Source: an uncultured virus (IMG/VR IMGVR_UViG_3300028840_008158) (Duplodnaviria > Heunggongvirae > Uroviricota > Caudoviricetes). Taken from it: 57,056 nt of DNA. Below the pieces are notes generated by a model, which was given only the letters and a program-made list of their open reading frames with translations, did no database searches and was not told the origin of the DNA. The position numbers and the translations under genes were made by a program. Shown piece by piece: positions 53,179 through 57,056 of the stretch; the stretch's first letter is position 1; every line of letters starts with the position of its first letter. Location: IMG/VR virus record IMGVR_UViG_3300028840_008158. The stretch is one strand, 5' to 3'.

Positions 53179-53592
53179 CTAGCGCCCTTCAAGCCATTTG
53201 TCGGTCTCGGTCATCAGCTTCCGGTGGGCTTCCTCGTCCTTCTCGATCTGCTCCTTGGTCTCTGGCAATCCCCATCCGGCTCTAGGGGGAGCGCCTTCCT
53301 CCCTCCACGCGGGGAGCTTGGGCTTCGACACGACCTCGAATTGGTCGCGGGCGAGCTTGAGCTCGTAGAACCCAACTTTGCCCTTGAACTTTTCAGTCGT
53401 ATCGTGGAATCGCACGAGGTAGGCGGGATACTCGGGTGGAACCTTTGATCCGTAGAGGTGTTCCCCTTTCGAATGGCCTATGATCTCTCCGTTGCCCCAG
53501 TCTGGATGCATGCGGCCGCCAATTGGCTTGACCCACGTGCCTATCGGCAATAGCTCGTCCCATTCTTCCTTGGCCGCCGTGTACCAAAGCAT
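53179..53592 (-). CDS. hypothetical protein
   Basis: GGAGG RBS. Confidence 0.5.
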   Translation of the reverse strand: MLWYTAAKEEWDELLPIGTWVKPIGGRMHPDWGNGEIIGHSKGEHLYGSKVPPEYPAYLVRFHDTTEKFKGKVGFYELKLARDQFEVVSKPKLPAWREEGAPPRAGWGLPETKEQIEKDEEAHRKLMTETDKWLEGR

Positions 53593-53676
53593 GTCGACCT
53601 CCGTTCATCGTTGGGTTCGTACGCCAGAAGCCGACTCCCTTTCTGTATCATCCCCCCAGGAAAAGGAGATCGAAGC

Positions 53677-54105
53677 ATGAAGATCAAGCCCGAGTGGGAG
53701 GTTAACAAGGAGGCCGAGGGGATCGTCGAGAAGCTCTGCGACCTGTACCCCGAGAAGATAGGGCACGTGAGCCCCGACTTCATCGGCTGCGCCCAGATCG
53801 TCAACAAGGACCAGCCGGAGAGCCAGGACTGGAACGCCAAGCTGGTGGGCGTCAAGGAGCCCGTCACCCTATACTGCCCCAAGCGGTACATCGTCGTGTT
53901 CTACCGGAACAAGTGGGAGATGCTGACCGCGGCCCAGAAGTCGGCCCTGATCATGTCCAAGCTCCTGCGCATCCCCGAGGACCCGGACGGGTCCATGCTC
54001 ACCGAGGACCTCAAGGACATCAAGTGCCTGGTCAAGACGTTCGGGGTCGACTATCTCGACAGCCCGACGCTCCCGGACATGGCGGCGGAAAGGGTGACCT
54101 TCTGA
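53677..54105 (+). CDS. phage metallopeptidase-like protein lacking HExxH
   Basis: WEMLTAAQKSALIMSKLLRIP and DLKDI..LVKTFG align by eye with W..L...QK.AL..HEL.H and HDVEEF..IV.RYG. Confidence 0.45.
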   Translation: MKIKPEWEVNKEAEGIVEKLCDLYPEKIGHVSPDFIGCAQIVNKDQPESQDWNAKLVGVKEPVTLYCPKRYIVVFYRNKWEMLTAAQKSALIMSKLLRIPEDPDGSMLTEDLKDIKCLVKTFGVDYLDSPTLPDMAAERVTF

Positions 54106-54332
54106 TGGGTCCGACCGTGGCGCAGTTGATCGAGCAGCTCGAGCGGCTTCCGCCTGACAAGTTCGTCATTTGCCAGATCGTCCAGCAGGAGAAGCCCACG
54201 GAGGGGAAACCGAGCGCGTGGAACATGTGCTTTTCCTTCGAGGACACGCGATCCAAGTTCGTTCAACTGAGGGTCGAGCACCCGGAATTAACGCGACTTC
54301 CGGAATGGCCTGAGAAAGGCGAGCCTACGTGA
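54105..54332 (+). CDS. hypothetical protein
   Basis: [14 protein letters not shown], coupled start. Confidence 0.5.
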   Translation: MGPTVAQLIEQLERLPPDKFVICQIVQQEKPTEGKPSAWNMCFSFEDTRSKFVQLRVEHPELTRLPEWPEKGEPT

Positions 54333-54370
54333 GCTGTACTCGACCAGAACACGAGGAAGGAGATCGAGCG

Positions 54371-55345
54371 GTGAAACGCGCTTTGATCACGGGCGTTACC
54401 GGACAGGATGGTTCGTATCTGTCCGAATTGCTGTTGAAGAAGGGCTACGAGGTTTACGGCCTCAAGCGCAGGATTTCCGTTCCGTCAACGGGTCGCCTCG
54501 GGGACGTCCTGAACAAGCTCATCATCATCGACGGGGACTTGTCCGATTCGTCGTCATTGGTGCGCGCCGTCAAGATGTCGAGGCCCGACGAGGTTTATAA
54601 CTTGGCGGCCCAGAGCTTCGTCCGAACCTCCTTCGAGCAGCCAGAGTTGACCGGCGATGTCACGGGGCTAGGAGTGACTCGGCTGCTGGAGGCCATCAAG
54701 ACGTTCGCCCCGGACGCGCGTTTCTACCAGGCGTCCACGTCGGAGATGTTCGGCGGCCATCCGCCCCCGCAGAACGACCAGACGCCTTTCTATCCTCGGA
54801 GCCCGTACGGGGTCGCCAAGCTGTACGCGCATTGGATGGTCAGGAACTACCGCGAGTCGTACAACATGTTCGCTTGCTCCGGGCTCCTTTTCAACCACGA
54901 GAGCCCCCGTCGCGGGGGCGAGTTCGTCACCCAGAAGATCGCCCGAGGGGCCGCCCGGATCAAGCTCGGAAAGTGCGACAAGTTATACCTGGGGAACATG
55001 GAAGCCAGGAGGGATTGGGGGCACGCCAGGGACTACGTCGAGGCCATGTGGCTCATGCTGCAACAGGACGCTCCGGATGACTACGTGGTGGCGACCGGCG
55101 AGAGCCATACGGTAAAGGAGTTCGTCGAGCTCGCCTTCGGGAGGGTCGGCCTCGATTGGGAGAATCACGTCGAGATCGATCCCAAGTTCTACAGGCCGTC
55201 GGAGGTCAACTTCCTGATGGGCGACAGCTCGAAGGCCAAGAAGAAGCTGGGGTGGGAGCCAAAGATACTCTTTCGGGAGCTCGTCGAGGAGATGGTCGAC
55301 TATGCCATGGCCCATCCCGAGTCCCTGGAGGAGGACACGGCATGA
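54371..55345 (+). CDS. gmd: GDP-mannose 4,6-dehydratase
   Basis: [54 protein letters not shown]. Confidence 0.95.
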   Translation: MKRALITGVTGQDGSYLSELLLKKGYEVYGLKRRISVPSTGRLGDVLNKLIIIDGDLSDSSSLVRAVKMSRPDEVYNLAAQSFVRTSFEQPELTGDVTGLGVTRLLEAIKTFAPDARFYQASTSEMFGGHPPPQNDQTPFYPRSPYGVAKLYAHWMVRNYRESYNMFACSGLLFNHESPRRGGEFVTQKIARGAARIKLGKCDKLYLGNMEARRDWGHARDYVEAMWLMLQQDAPDDYVVATGESHTVKEFVELAFGRVGLDWENHVEIDPKFYRPSEVNFLMGDSSKAKKKLGWEPKILFRELVEEMVDYAMAHPESLEEDTA

Positions 55346-55935
55346 TCATCGGCATTGCCGGCCGTAAACGCGTAGGCAAGAACTTTGTGGCGAATGTAAT
55401 CGCTGGCCTCCTAAAGCGAGACGACGAGGTCGAGCTCGTCGCCTTCGCGGATCCGATCAAGGAATTCTGCAACGAGGTCCTAGGGATCGACAAGAAGTAC
55501 CTCTGGGGAGACGGAGACAAGAACACGCCTACTCGATATTCGTGGGAGGAAACCTTAGGCGGAGAAGACGTTCCGACGCCCGGGGGCCCGATGAGCGTCC
55601 GGCAGATCATGCAGGTCGTCGGGACGGAACTCGGAAGGAACATCTGGGGCAAGGACATCTGGGTCAGGGCCATGGAGAACCGGATCAAGAACGGCGATGC
55701 CGACTCGTGGATCATCACCGACGTCAGGATGGTCAACGAGGCGCAGGCCGTCCGCGAGTGGGGGGGCATCGTTATCCGGGTCGATGGGGCCCCACGACAG
55801 GGAGGCGGCGTCGACATGCACGAGACGGAAAGGATGATTGACTCGCTGGAGGTCGACGCGATAATCGACAACGGTTCGGGGATGACCAAGGAAGGGCTCG
55901 AGGACCAGGTCAAGGAAATCCTGAAATGGGAATGA
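55342..55935 (+). CDS. phage-type deoxynucleoside monophosphate kinase
   Basis: [40 protein letters not shown]. Confidence 0.85.
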   Translation: MIIGIAGRKRVGKNFVANVIAGLLKRDDEVELVAFADPIKEFCNEVLGIDKKYLWGDGDKNTPTRYSWEETLGGEDVPTPGGPMSVRQIMQVVGTELGRNIWGKDIWVRAMENRIKNGDADSWIITDVRMVNEAQAVREWGGIVIRVDGAPRQGGGVDMHETERMIDSLEVDAIIDNGSGMTKEGLEDQVKEILKWE

Positions 55936-57056
55936 TCTACAACCGTTACCGCCCCCGCTGCCTCGACGAGGTCAAAGGCCAGGACTACGCCAAGCGCGTC
56001 CTTGCCAGGCAGGTCGAGGCCAAGCAGGTTCCCAACGCGTACCTGTTCATCGGCCCCGCCGGGACCGGCAAGACGACCTGCGCCCGTATCCTGGCGGCCA
56101 TGCTCAATTGCTCGGACGCCCCCACCACGAAGCCCGACCCGGAGGAGGACTTCGTCAAGGACATCCTGGCGGGGCAATGCCAGTACGACGTCTACGAGAT
56201 CGACGCCGCCAGCTACGGCCGCGTGGAGAACGCCAGGAAGCTGCGCGAGGAGGCGTTCATCGCCCCCCTCGTCATGAACAAGAAGGTATACATCGTCGAC
56301 GAGTGTCACCGGCTTTCCCCCGAGGCGTGGGAGGCCCTCCTGAAGATCATGGAGGAGCCACCCAAGTTCGTCCTGTTCATCCTTTGCACGACCGACCCCT
56401 CCAAGATCAAGCCGACGATCCTGACCCGGGCCATGGTCCTCGAGTTCAAGCCCCTCTCCACGAACGACGTCATGTCCGAGCTTAGGCGCGTCTCGATCGC
56501 CGAGGAGATCAAGATCGACGACGACGCCCTGAGGATACTCGCCACGTCATCGCGTGGATCGATGAGGCAGGCGCTCAATTGGCTGGAGGCTTGCTCCGAC
56601 GGTAGCGAGGGCAAGCGCGTGACCGCCGACGCCTTGTCCGGGCAGATCGGGCTCGTCAACCGCTCGCGGGCGAGGGACTTCGTCAACGCCGTCATCCAGC
56701 GTAAGTTCGTCGACTCCCTGGAGGCGAGCTCGGCCTCCCTTTCGGAGGGATGCTCGGCCCCCGACTTCCTGGCGGAATGCGCGAACTACTGTCACGACAT
56801 GATGCTGGCGACGGCGAGCGGGTACAGCATGGAGAACCTCGGGTATACCTCTTCCGAGATCGACGACGTGAGAAAAAGCCGGGAAGAACTCGTCAAGTCG
56901 TGCAATGCCGGGGCCGCCATCGACGTCCTATTATTGTGGATATCCGCGTTGCAGGAGGCGAGTTCGCTGACTGTTTTCAACATGAACCCTCAATTCATGG
57001 CGGACACGGCGTTCGTCAAAATGCATTCGTACATGCGGTCGAAGACCGCCAGTTAA
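55932..57056 (+). CDS. dnaX: DNA polymerase III gamma/tau clamp-loader subunit (short)
   Basis: YRP...EV.GQ, GPAGTGKTT, EIDAAS, IVDECH, ALLK.MEEPP. Confidence 0.92.
   Translation: MIYNRYRPRCLDEVKGQDYAKRVLARQVEAKQVPNAYLFIGPAGTGKTTCARILAAMLNCSDAPTTKPDPEEDFVKDILAGQCQYDVYEIDAASYGRVENARKLREEAFIAPLVMNKKVYIVDECHRLSPEAWEALLKIMEEPPKFVLFILCTTDPSKIKPTILTRAMVLEFKPLSTNDVMSELRRVSIAEEIKIDDDALRILATSSRGSMRQALNWLEACSDGSEGKRVTADALSGQIGLVNRSRARDFVNAVIQRKFVDSLEASSASLSEGCSAPDFLAECANYCHDMMLATASGYSMENLGYTSSEIDDVRKSREELVKSCNAGAAIDVLLLWISALQEASSLTVFNMNPQFMADTAFVKMHSYMRSKTAS

Overview
A GC-rich, gene-dense 57 kb segment that most likely comes from a large (jumbo-type) bacteriophage or similar giant extrachromosomal element. 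This is an inference: the window has a gp32-like SSB, dNMP kinase, Cas4-like nuclease, stand-alone DnaE/DnaX/primase/RecA/UvrD/NrdJ, many short ORFans and no ribosomal or other core genes; no virion structural gene was recognised. The left part (3.3-15.3 kb) holds about 31 tRNA genes plus 5 aberrant tRNA-like elements in two arrays sorted by amino acid. Array 1 is Phe/Met/Cys/Gly/Arg; array 2 is His/Leu/Asp/Gly/Ser/Ala. The main discovery: each array is preceded by a sigma70-type promoter, a short leader ORF whose codons enumerate the anticodons of that same array, mutually exclusive antiterminator/terminator hairpins spanning the leader stop codon, and a boxA-like motif. This looks like ribosome-sensed transcriptional attenuation that switches on a phage tRNA operon when its cognate tRNAs run short. 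Other notable items: twin tRNA-like RNAs with 8-nt anticodon loops before a 463-aa unknown protein, a D-armless tRNA-Ala, short-arm tRNA-Leu genes, two metacaspases, a PrkA-YeaH-SpoVR triad interrupted by a C5 methyltransferase with a nested alternative-frame ORF, a tandem double SpoVS, a sigma-like protein with about 7 inserted Zn-finger-like repeats, and nucleotide-sugar genes. All calls come from manual reading; no database search was run.
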